Made by a program: the position numbers and the translations under genes
In this document: in pieces, positions 1 to 8,344 of the stretch
Layout: each line of letters opens with the position of its first letter
Numbering within the stretch: the stretch's first letter is position 1
The notes under the pieces: generated by a model
Seen by the model: only the letters and a program-made list of their open reading frames with translations
What the model was told of the DNA's origin: nothing
Database searches by the model: none
Origin: Dehalococcoidia bacterium
Lineage (GTDB): Bacteria; Chloroflexota; Dehalococcoidia; UBA2979
DNA length: 64,000 bases
Direction of reading: 5' to 3'
NCBI GenBank assembly: GCA_045562675.1
Contig: JBJKVL010000001.1
Span: 55,662 to 119,661 of the forward strand

Positions 1-369
1 ATTTGCACCAGCTACTTCTAAAAAATTAGCAATTAACCTTGCAGAAATTGGTACGCGTGGCTGATCCTTTTTATCTGAACGACCATAAGCGTAATATGGA
101 ATTACCGCAGTAATTCTCCCTGCAGAAGCTCGCTTTGCTGCATCAATCATTAACATTAATTCCATTAGTCTTGTGTTCACTGGGCTAACAATTGGCTGAA
201 CAATAAAAACATCTCTCTCTCGAATATTATCAAGCAATCTTACAAAAACATTCTCATTAGAAAATTCAAAGACTTCGCTGTTACTGAGTTCAATTTTTAG
301 ATGTTTGCAAATTTCTGCAGCAAAATCTTGATTTGCATTACCTGAAAAAACTACAATATCTTGATTCAC
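1..369 (-). CDS. prs: ribose-phosphate pyrophosphokinase (5' part, runs off window start)
   Basis: Not in ORF track. Manual translation from GTG at 369: VNQDIVVFSGNANQDFAAEICKHL...FSNENVFV...LMELMLMIDAAKRASAGRITAVIPYYAYGRSDKKDQPRVPISARL; AAGGTG SD upstream. Confidence 0.96.
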   Translation of the reverse strand, partial: MNQDIVVFSGNANQDFAAEICKHLKIELSNSEVFEFSNENVFVRLLDNIRERDVFIVQPIVSPVNTRLMELMLMIDAAKRASAGRITAVIPYYAYGRSDKKDQPRVPISARLIANFLEVAGAN

Positions 370-484
370 ATTGCACCTTATAAACTTGTTTAAATTATTT
401 TGTTATAAACAATATTTACTATAATTCTATTCTAACCAATACTTAAATTGATAGAATAAATAAAGAAAATTTTTTTTACATGCT

Positions 485-512
485 TTGACAAGTATGTCAG
501 TTAATTTAAAAT
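485..512 (+). promoter_or_regulatory. sigma70-type promoter TTGACA-N16-TAAAAT with overlapping palindrome TGACA-AGTA-TGTCA (486-499)
   Basis: Read directly upstream of the acyl-CoA dehydrogenase start. Confidence 0.6.
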
Positions 513-554
513 ATTAGTTCATTCTTAAGAATTAATTTATTTGGAAATGTTATT

Positions 555-1715
555 TTGGATTTTTCACTCAAAGAATATGAAGATGATTTTCAAGCTTCAT
601 TAACTAATCGATTATCTAAACTTTTGCCCAAAGATTGGGGTGATAGAAGTTTTATTATTTCAAACACAGACAAAGAATGGAAAAAAATTGCTAAAGATGT
701 CACTAATGATTTATCGAAAGATAGACTCCTAACTCAAGCTTGGCCGGAAAAATATGGAGGTATTGGAGCAACCAATCTCAAGCAAGCTATTTTTAATCAC
801 ATCCTGTCGTATATGAATGCTCCAATTAATAATATGACCGGTGTTAACTGGATTGGTCCAGCACTTATGATGTATGGCAATCAAGAACAAAAAGAACTCT
901 ATTTGCCTAGAATTGCTGAAGCGGTAGATCAATGGTGTTTACTTTATTCAGAACCAACTGCAGGTTCAGATTTAGCATCGTTGCAAACACATGCTGTAAA
1001 GAACGGAGACAACTATGTTATTAATGGACAAAAAATCTGGGCTTCCAATGCTGAGGAGTCTGATTTTGGACTAGTAGCTGTACGAACAAATCCAGATGCA
1101 CCAAAACATAAAGGCCTCTCAACATTAATTGTGCCAATGGACTCACCAGGAATTTCCATAAATCCAATAAAAGATATTAATGGAAAAGATTCACTTAATG
1201 AGGTGTTTTTTGATAACGTTCAAATCTCAACAAAAAATATCGTCGGTCAAGAAAACCGAGGGTGGTATCAAATGGCTTCTTCATTAGATTTTGAGCGTTC
1301 TGGTATTGCAACATTTTCTGCAGCAAAAAGAAATATAGAGAAGTTAATAGATATCACAAAGTTAATGCCAGAAATAACTGAAAATAAAAAAACATACAGA
1401 GAAGACATTGCTAATCATTGGATAGAAATGAATACCGGTTTTAATTTAGCAATTAAAATACCTTTGCTCCAAGATCAAGGGATCAATCCAACTTACGAAG
1501 CATCGATATCAAAACTGTATGGTGCAGAATTAACACAGAAAATTGCACAAACTAGCATGCAATTGCTTGGAACGCATGGACAATTAAAAAATAACCAAAA
1601 TATGTTTGAGGTGTCTGAGCAATATCTTTCAGCAATTGCAAGTACAATTGCAAAAGGCACATCTGAAATACAACGCAATACTATTGCTACGCAAGGGCTT
1701 GGCTTGCCTAGATAA
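555..1715 (+). CDS. acyl-CoA dehydrogenase family protein
   Basis: WPEKYGG, YSEPTAGSDLASL, YVINGQKIW, LNEVFFDNV, LDFERSG, GTSEIQRN motifs; TTG start. Confidence 0.93.
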   Translation: MDFSLKEYEDDFQASLTNRLSKLLPKDWGDRSFIISNTDKEWKKIAKDVTNDLSKDRLLTQAWPEKYGGIGATNLKQAIFNHILSYMNAPINNMTGVNWIGPALMMYGNQEQKELYLPRIAEAVDQWCLLYSEPTAGSDLASLQTHAVKNGDNYVINGQKIWASNAEESDFGLVAVRTNPDAPKHKGLSTLIVPMDSPGISINPIKDINGKDSLNEVFFDNVQISTKNIVGQENRGWYQMASSLDFERSGIATFSAAKRNIEKLIDITKLMPEITENKKTYREDIANHWIEMNTGFNLAIKIPLLQDQGINPTYEASISKLYGAELTQKIAQTSMQLLGTHGQLKNNQNMFEVSEQYLSAIASTIAKGTSEIQRNTIATQGLGLPR

Positions 1716-1784
1716 GAAAGTTATAATAAATTACACGTAAAAAATACTATTTTTACTATTAATCAAAATTTGGGGGGGTAAATA

Positions 1785-2624
1785 ATGGTAACTGATACTA
1801 AATTAAAACGAGGGTTTGTTCAAATTCCTGATGGCAATGTAGAATATTTTGAAATCGGCTCAGGTGAGCCTTTTTTAATGTTGCATGCTACACCAGCTTC
1901 ATGCATGACATATAAGGACATTGCTCCTTTGCTTGCTGATGAGTTCAGAGTTATTGCAATGACAACTATGGGATACGGTCAATCTGATAGGCCAAATCCA
2001 CCTTATGAGAACTTAAGTAGTTTTGCTAATTCTGTTTCACAATTCTTAGATGCATTGGGAATAGAAAAAACGTCATTGTTTGGCACGCACACTGGTTCAG
2101 AAATTGCTGCTGTATTTGCTGCAACTTACCCTGAAAAAGTAGATAAATTAGTTCTTGAAGAAGTTTTCAACTGGGGTACTCCCTCAAGAAGAGCTGTTCA
2201 CGAACGAATCCATAGTTACTATCAAGAAAAACAAGATGGCACACATTTACTTGAACTTTGGGAAAAAGTCGGTGGCCTTAAAGAAGATGCAGACTTAAAA
2301 CGGACAACTGAAAGATTTATTAGTAATTTGATTGTTAATTCTAATGAAGGTGCTGAAATTTATGGTGGAATGGGATGGGAAGGCGCAGGGCCATTTGCAA
2401 TGACTCATCATGATATGTGGGAAACCGTTGAAGATATTGACGCGCCAACACTAGTTATACATGGTACAACTAGTGAATTAGGGCGATCACATGAAAAGTT
2501 TCTTACAAATCTTAAGCGATCTAGAGGAATTAACCCACCAAGTCAAGGTAATTTTACTCCTCATCAAGCTCCAGAAATTTGGGCTGATGAAGTAAGAAAA
2601 TTTCTAAGAGATCCTGGAGTTTAA
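1785..2624 (+). CDS. alpha/beta hydrolase-fold protein with non-canonical nucleophile elbow
   Basis: GSGEPFLMLH, GYGQSDRP, FAATYPEKVDKLVL, APTLVIHG; elbow reads GTHTG instead of GxSxG. Confidence 0.85.
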   Translation: MVTDTKLKRGFVQIPDGNVEYFEIGSGEPFLMLHATPASCMTYKDIAPLLADEFRVIAMTTMGYGQSDRPNPPYENLSSFANSVSQFLDALGIEKTSLFGTHTGSEIAAVFAATYPEKVDKLVLEEVFNWGTPSRRAVHERIHSYYQEKQDGTHLLELWEKVGGLKEDADLKRTTERFISNLIVNSNEGAEIYGGMGWEGAGPFAMTHHDMWETVEDIDAPTLVIHGTTSELGRSHEKFLTNLKRSRGINPPSQGNFTPHQAPEIWADEVRKFLRDPGV

Positions 2625-2655
2625 TTTCAGAAGGATATTATTAAAATAAGGTAAA

Positions 2656-2904
2656 TTGATGAATAAGGCTTTTAAATATTTCAAAGTATCATTTGTCGCC
2701 TTTATAATTACGTTATTAAACAGCAAATTTGTTTTTGCTGAAGACCAAAATCGTATTATTGAAAGAAATGACGGATATATATCGATAGTGGTATATACAA
2801 TATTGTCTGTCATAGCACTATTTACTTTTTTTTCATTAATTTATATTTTCTTAAAACAATTAAATATTGAATGGGATTTTCAGAAAGATGATGATCATCA
2901 TTAA
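2656..2904 (+). CDS. small hypothetical membrane protein
   Basis: AAGGT SD; signal-peptide-like N-terminus ending VFA, one TM helix, short acidic/His tail. Confidence 0.55.
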   Translation: MMNKAFKYFKVSFVAFIITLLNSKFVFAEDQNRIIERNDGYISIVVYTILSVIALFTFFSLIYIFLKQLNIEWDFQKDDDHH

Positions 2905-2941
2905 TTTTTAGTAATATTAAATTTACTACAAAAGAATTTTT

Positions 2942-3667
2942 TTAATAAAATTTTAGTGTTGAAGCATAATTAGTAAATATCAAAACTAAAGAACCACCAA
3001 CAAAAACAGTGCTGCTCTGAATGATTTGGATATTGGAAATACCATTTTGATTACCACGAATATATTCACTCAAATTACTGAAGAAAAGATTAGACAAAGA
3101 GTCAAAAATATTAAATAAATAAATTAAAGCTGTTATAAAAATTAATAATGATATTAAGTATTTTATCAACTTGTTAGTATTTAATATTGAGTTCAAGTAG
3201 CAAATAATTAAAAAAAGAAACAACTGCATGACAGCAACCAAGAAAATCACTTTAAGCACAGATAGTATTAATAAATCTTGAATTGCGAAAAAATTAAGCA
3301 TAATCATAAAAATAATTAATAAGAAAATTTGTGCAACTAATAAAGAGGTTAAATAACTTAGCAAGCATCCAAGATAAATATAAATCTTTGAAGCATTATA
3401 TGAAAACAGCCATTTATATCTTTCAATGAAATTTCTACTAAATAAATCATCTAATCCAAAGGAATAGAAAAACAATTGAGAGGGAAGATAAATAAATAAC
3501 AGAAAAAAAGTAAATGTTTCAGACGCTAATTCTTGTTCTACAGCAGAAACAAAAACTAATAGCAACATACAAAAAAAGTTAAATAAGAGATTTACTCGAA
3601 TATTCCATGATTTTAAATTATTTAAAGATTGAAATTTATAAATTGTAAAAAAAATTTTCATTTGCAT
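2942..3667 (-). CDS. putative ABC transporter permease (multi-TM)
   Basis: About 6 hydrophobic segments; directly downstream of the ABC ATPase. Confidence 0.6.
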   Translation of the reverse strand: MQMKIFFTIYKFQSLNNLKSWNIRVNLLFNFFCMLLLVFVSAVEQELASETFTFFLLFIYLPSQLFFYSFGLDDLFSRNFIERYKWLFSYNASKIYIYLGCLLSYLTSLLVAQIFLLIIFMIMLNFFAIQDLLILSVLKVIFLVAVMQLFLFLIICYLNSILNTNKLIKYLISLLIFITALIYLFNIFDSLSNLFFSNLSEYIRGNQNGISNIQIIQSSTVFVGGSLVLIFTNYASTLKFY

Positions 3668-3689
3668 TAATTATCAATTGTATTTCTTA

Positions 3690-4682
3690 TTAAGATTCTT
3701 CTATATCTAAACTATTTTCTAACGCATCAATATTCTTCAATAAAGATTGAAAATGTGGCTGACCCAATTGTAACCTACCTTGAACAATATCAATCAATTG
3801 CATATCAACTTGGGGAGAAATTGATTTCATAAATATAACTGATAGGCCAATTCTTTTAATAATGTCAGATAACAGAAAAAAACAATCTTCAAGCTGCCTA
3901 GATTGAAAAAAAGTAACAGTAAAAATTGAATTTTTTCTAACGAAAGTTAACTCTTTTTGAAGTGTCAAATAGACTAATTTCTCTTCAAACTTTGATAAAT
4001 TACCGTCAACAGATAGTTGAATAATATTTCTACCTGCAATTCTAGAATAAGATAAAATATCAGATTTATGAATAATTGCTCCTTCAAACATCAATGCAAT
4101 AGAACTTGCGATGCGCTCTAAGTTATCTAATTTAGTATCAGAAATAATACAAGCCATATCTCTATGCAGTATATTTTTTAAAAAAATAGTTAGTTTTTCA
4201 ATTTCTTCATCATTCAACCCTTTAAAAGGTTCATCTAAGACTAATAAATTCGGTTTATTAATTAATGAACCCAAAATTGCAATCGTTCTTTTTTGAAAAA
4301 ATGATAAATCTCCTATTTTAGAAGAGGCATAGTTATGTAAGTCAAACTTTTTTAATAGTGAAATTATTTCATTATATTTACTATTTCGTTCCACATTATT
4401 TATTTCAATAAGCATAATTGTAAAATCGAAAACCTTTAAATGATCAGGTAAAGAAAAATCAGAGGAAAAATATGAAATATTGACGTAATCAGCAAAATCT
4501 ATAGAGCCACTTGTCTGTTTTTTCTTACGAGCTATGACGGAAAGTAAAGATGATTTTCCAGAAAGCTCAGGACCAGCTATTCCAACAATTTCACCATTTA
4601 AAACATTTAAATTAATAGAGTCAAAAGCAATCTGACTATTATTATAAATTTTTGATAAATCCCTTATTTCAACAACTGACAT
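3690..4682 (-). CDS. ABC transporter ATP-binding protein (degenerate signature)
   Basis: Walker A GPELSGKSS, Walker B LLVLDEP; signature reads LSFFQ. Confidence 0.85.
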   Translation of the reverse strand: MSVVEIRDLSKIYNNSQIAFDSINLNVLNGEIVGIAGPELSGKSSLLSVIARKKKQTSGSIDFADYVNISYFSSDFSLPDHLKVFDFTIMLIEINNVERNSKYNEIISLLKKFDLHNYASSKIGDLSFFQKRTIAILGSLINKPNLLVLDEPFKGLNDEEIEKLTIFLKNILHRDMACIISDTKLDNLERIASSIALMFEGAIIHKSDILSYSRIAGRNIIQLSVDGNLSKFEEKLVYLTLQKELTFVRKNSIFTVTFFQSRQLEDCFFLLSDIIKRIGLSVIFMKSISPQVDMQLIDIVQGRLQLGQPHFQSLLKNIDALENSLDIEES

Positions 4683-4793
4683 ATGTTACCTTAGCTAAAC
4701 AATTCTTAATTTTTCTAAGTAGGTACATTCTAACATTAATATTAAGAATTTATTTAATCGTTCTTATTACAATTTAAATTATCGTCTTATAAA

Positions 4794-5459
4794 ATGCGTC
4801 AAATACTAATCCTTGGGCAAGAAAACGTCACACAAATTCAAGAAATATTAGAAAAATCATTTTCTGATGTTATCGTGGTGAGCGATTTCGAGAAATTCAA
4901 ACTAAATGAAAATAAAAATACTACAGACTTAATAATTGTTAAAGAATCATATGCAAATAGATTAGAAGAATTGAAGGATTTTTTGATTAGAAATGATATT
5001 CCCGTATTATTAATTGTGGAAAAGAATAATTTAACAAAATATATAAATAATGAAATGATTACAGACATAATTTATTTCCCAATTAATCCAGAAGAGCTTC
5101 AATATAGAACAAATAAATTAACCAATTTTGAGAATAGTACTTTTGATGACAAAAATAAAATAACAGTTGCTGATCTAATTATAGATCTTGAAAAATATAC
5201 AGTTTCAGTAGAACAAAAGATTATTGACTTAACTTTTAAAGAATTTGAATTACTGACCTATCTAGCCAGTAATATCGATACACCTTTTACAAGAGATTCT
5301 CTCTTAGATAAAGTATGGGGATATGATTATATAGGAGGATATAGGACAGTCGATGTACATATTAGAAGAATACGTTCAAAAATAGAGCGTAATTTTCAAT
5401 ATATTCAAACAGTTCGAAATATTGGCTATAGATTTGTAGATCCAAAAAAAAATAATTAA
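4794..5459 (+). CDS. OmpR/PhoB-family winged-helix regulator, GlnR-like, atypical receiver
   Basis: C-terminal LTFKEFELLTYL...TRDSLLDKVWGYDYIGGYRTVDVHIRRIRSKI...IQTVRNIGYRF resembles actinobacterial GlnR; directly upstream of glnA; no adjacent kinase. Confidence 0.85.
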   Translation: MRQILILGQENVTQIQEILEKSFSDVIVVSDFEKFKLNENKNTTDLIIVKESYANRLEELKDFLIRNDIPVLLIVEKNNLTKYINNEMITDIIYFPINPEELQYRTNKLTNFENSTFDDKNKITVADLIIDLEKYTVSVEQKIIDLTFKEFELLTYLASNIDTPFTRDSLLDKVWGYDYIGGYRTVDVHIRRIRSKIERNFQYIQTVRNIGYRFVDPKKNN

Positions 5460-5463
5460 TTAC

Positions 5464-5480
5464 GTAACATAAATTTAACA
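5464..5480 (+). promoter_or_regulatory. putative GlnR-type box GTAAC-n6-TTAAC (TAACA direct repeat, 11-bp period)
   Basis: GTAACATAAATTTAACA between regulator and glnA; fits gTnAc-n6-GaAAc / AC-n9-AC pattern. Confidence 0.55.
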
Positions 5481-5553
5481 ATTCATAAAGAAATATTTAG
5501 TAAATTTAAATCATTAATTAATCACATTTATCCAAAATTAGGGGGGTATTGTA

Positions 5554-6966
5554 ATGAATTTTAGCGAATTAAAAAAAATTGTTGATGAAAATGATGTTAG
5601 GCGTGTTGATCTACGTGTAACAGATATGCCAGGTCGATGGCAACAATTTACTATTCCTGTTGATAGGCTGACTGAAAATTTATTTGATGAAGGCCAAGGA
5701 TTTGATGGTTCAAGTTTAAGAGGATTTCAAGAAATACATGAATCAGATATGCTATTAATTCCTGATATGGATTCAGCACGTATTGAACCGATAAGTGAAA
5801 TTGGGACGCTGGTAATTACTTGTTCAGTAAAAGACCCAATCACAGGCGAAGAGTATGGACGAGATCCACGAACAATTGCTAAAAAAGCAGAAGCTTATAT
5901 GAAGGATACAGGTATAGCAGATACAGCAAATTTTGGTCCAGAACTAGAATTTTTCCTTTTTGATGATGTGCGTTTCGAGCAATCGCAACAGACAGCCTTT
6001 TACTACATTGATTCAATTGAAGCACATTGGAATAGTGGTAGAGATGAAGCACCAAATTTAGGATATAAAATTCCAGGCAAAGAAGGTTATGCACCCGTAG
6101 CCCCTTTTGATACATTGCGTGATGTTAGATGGGAAATGCATGAAGCATTACATGCAGTTGGTATACCAACTGAAGTTAGTCATCATGAAGTAGCAACAGC
6201 TGGACAAGGAGAAATTGCGACAAAATATAATTCTCTTCTAAAAAAAGCAGATGAGTTTCAATGGTATAAGTATATCGTTAGAAACATTGCAAAAGATAAT
6301 GGCATGGTTGCAACATTTATGCCAAAGCCAATTTGGAATGATAATGGAACAGGAATGCATACACATCAATCATTGTGGAAAGATGGCAAACCATTATTTT
6401 TTAATGGTGATAATTATGGTGGACTTTCAGACATGGCTCGTCATTACATTGGCGGATTATTAAAACATGCTCCAGCAGTATTAGCATTTGCAGCACCATC
6501 TACAAATTCATATAAAAGACTTGTTCCGGGTTTTGAAGCACCTGTAAATCTAGTATATTCTGCTAGAAATCGTTCTGCAGTAATTCGAATTTCAACCTAT
6601 GATACAAGTCCTGCATCAAAACGAATCGAATTTAGAGCACCGGACCCAACTTGTAATCCTTATTTAGCATTTTCTGCGATGCTGCTTGCTGGATTAGATG
6701 GTGTTCAAAATAAGATTGAGCCTCCAGATCCAGTTGACGAGAATATCTATGAATTACCTGAGTCAGAAGCAGCAAAATTAGCTAAAGTTCCGGGTTCTCT
6801 TGCTGAATCATTGCAAGCATTAGAAAATGACAATGATTTTCTAACGAGCTCCGGTGTTTTTACTAGTAAATATATTCAAGATTATCTTGATATGAAAAAT
6901 GAGGAAATCACTGAATTATCAATGCGACCAACGCCTTATGAATATGAATTATATTTTGATGCATAA
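5554..6966 (+). CDS. glnA: glutamine synthetase type I-beta
   Basis: FDGSS, GPELEF, HHEVATAGQGE, FMPKP..NGTGMH, NSYKRLVPGFEAP, YSARNRSA, RIEFR; adenylylation-site Tyr in NIYELP. Confidence 0.97.
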   Translation: MNFSELKKIVDENDVRRVDLRVTDMPGRWQQFTIPVDRLTENLFDEGQGFDGSSLRGFQEIHESDMLLIPDMDSARIEPISEIGTLVITCSVKDPITGEEYGRDPRTIAKKAEAYMKDTGIADTANFGPELEFFLFDDVRFEQSQQTAFYYIDSIEAHWNSGRDEAPNLGYKIPGKEGYAPVAPFDTLRDVRWEMHEALHAVGIPTEVSHHEVATAGQGEIATKYNSLLKKADEFQWYKYIVRNIAKDNGMVATFMPKPIWNDNGTGMHTHQSLWKDGKPLFFNGDNYGGLSDMARHYIGGLLKHAPAVLAFAAPSTNSYKRLVPGFEAPVNLVYSARNRSAVIRISTYDTSPASKRIEFRAPDPTCNPYLAFSAMLLAGLDGVQNKIEPPDPVDENIYELPESEAAKLAKVPGSLAESLQALENDNDFLTSSGVFTSKYIQDYLDMKNEEITELSMRPTPYEYELYFDA

Positions 6967-6985
6967 AAATCATTGATTGAGTAGA

Positions 6986-7019
6986 ATTAAGCAAGGTTTA
7001 TAACATAACCTTGCTTAAT
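6986..7019 (+). terminator. 13-bp perfect hairpin between the two GS genes (terminator or mRNA stabiliser)
   Basis: ATTAAGCAAGGTT-tataacat-AACCTTGCTTAAT; no clean U tract. Confidence 0.55.
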
Positions 7020-7036
7020 GTATTAAATTTATCACT

Positions 7037-8335
7037 ATGAAAAAAAATAACGAACAATCAAATAAGCATATAATGCAATCGTGCCTAGAGCATGATGTTA
7101 AATTTATTAGACTATGGTTCACAGATATTCTGGGTAATTTAAAATCAGTAGCAATAACAGTTGAAGAATTAGAGCATGCATTAATTGATGGAATTTCATT
7201 TGATGGTTCATCAATAAGTGGATTTGCAAGATCAGAAGAATATGATATGTTGGCAATTCCCGATCCGCAAACTTTTAAGATTCTTCCTTGGAGACCAAAA
7301 GAGCAATCTGTCGCAAGAATGTTCTGTAGCATTCACACAACAAATGGAAAAAAGTTTACAAGTGACCCCAGAAATATTCTTATTAAGCAGCTTTCACAAC
7401 TACAATCTAAAGGTCTTACTTTTTATGTATCACCAGAAATTGAATTTTTTTATTTCAATTCATCAGACAATGCACAGCCTATTGATCAAGGAGGTTATTT
7501 TGATCTAACAACTCTTGATTCTAGTTCTGATATCAGAAGAGAGTCAGTACTAATGTTAGAAGAATTAGGAATAGGAGTAGCCGTAAGCCATCATGAAGGA
7601 GCGCCCAGTCAACATGAAATGGATCTTCGCCATACAGATGCATTAAATATGGCAGACTCAATTATGACTTTTAAAACTGTCATTAAAGAAGTAGCACAAA
7701 AACATAATGTTTATGCAACATTTATGCCAAAGCCTATTAGCCAATTTAATGGTTCTGGCATGCATTTACAATTATCTATCTTTGAAGGTAATAAAAATAT
7801 TTTCTTTAGTAACACAGATAAAAGAAATTTGTCGTTGCTTGCAAAGCAATTTATCGCTGGGCTCTTACATCATACGCCAGAAATTATGTTGATAACAAAT
7901 CAATGGGTAAACTCATATAAAAGATTAGTCCCTGGATTTGAAGCACCTACTCATGCCAATTGGTCTCTTACAAATTATTCTGATTTAATTAGAGTGCCAC
8001 AATTTAATATTCAGCAAAAAGACTCAGCCAGAATTGAATATAGAGTTGCTGATCCTGCATGTAATCCATACCTGGTTTTATCAGCAGTTTTGGCCGCAGG
8101 GCTAGAAGGAATAAATAAAAAATATAAGCTTAAAAACATTACTGATGCAGATGCAAAAAAATTACCTGAATCTCTAGGCGAGTCAATTAAGTTATTTAAA
8201 GAATCCAAACTTATGATTAAGTTATTAGGTAAAGACTCATTCAATGCTTTAATAAAAAATAAAGAAGAAGAATGGGAAAAATATAAAAAACATGTAAGTA
8301 ACTACGAATTAGAAAATTACTTATCTATTCTATAA
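7037..8335 (+). CDS. glutamine synthetase family protein, type I-alpha/GlnA2-like
   Basis: VKFIRLWFTDILGNLKSVAI, FDGSSISGF, HHEGAPSQHE, NGSGMH, NSYKRLVPGFEAP, RIEYRVADP; lacks the I-beta insert and adenylylation loop. Confidence 0.92.
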   Translation: MKKNNEQSNKHIMQSCLEHDVKFIRLWFTDILGNLKSVAITVEELEHALIDGISFDGSSISGFARSEEYDMLAIPDPQTFKILPWRPKEQSVARMFCSIHTTNGKKFTSDPRNILIKQLSQLQSKGLTFYVSPEIEFFYFNSSDNAQPIDQGGYFDLTTLDSSSDIRRESVLMLEELGIGVAVSHHEGAPSQHEMDLRHTDALNMADSIMTFKTVIKEVAQKHNVYATFMPKPISQFNGSGMHLQLSIFEGNKNIFFSNTDKRNLSLLAKQFIAGLLHHTPEIMLITNQWVNSYKRLVPGFEAPTHANWSLTNYSDLIRVPQFNIQQKDSARIEYRVADPACNPYLVLSAVLAAGLEGINKKYKLKNITDADAKKLPESLGESIKLFKESKLMIKLLGKDSFNALIKNKEEEWEKYKKHVSNYELENYLSIL

Positions 8336-8344
8336 TTGATATAT

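Noticed and set aside
4701-4750. 10-bp inverted repeat AATTCTTAAT...ATTAAGAATT in the divergent promoter region
   Set aside because: Almost all A/T with a 30-nt spacer; plausible by chance at this composition.
5460-5553. Glutamine (glnA) riboswitch upstream of glnA
   Set aside because: Region is short and very AT-rich with no convincing stems; a protein-binding direct repeat fits better.
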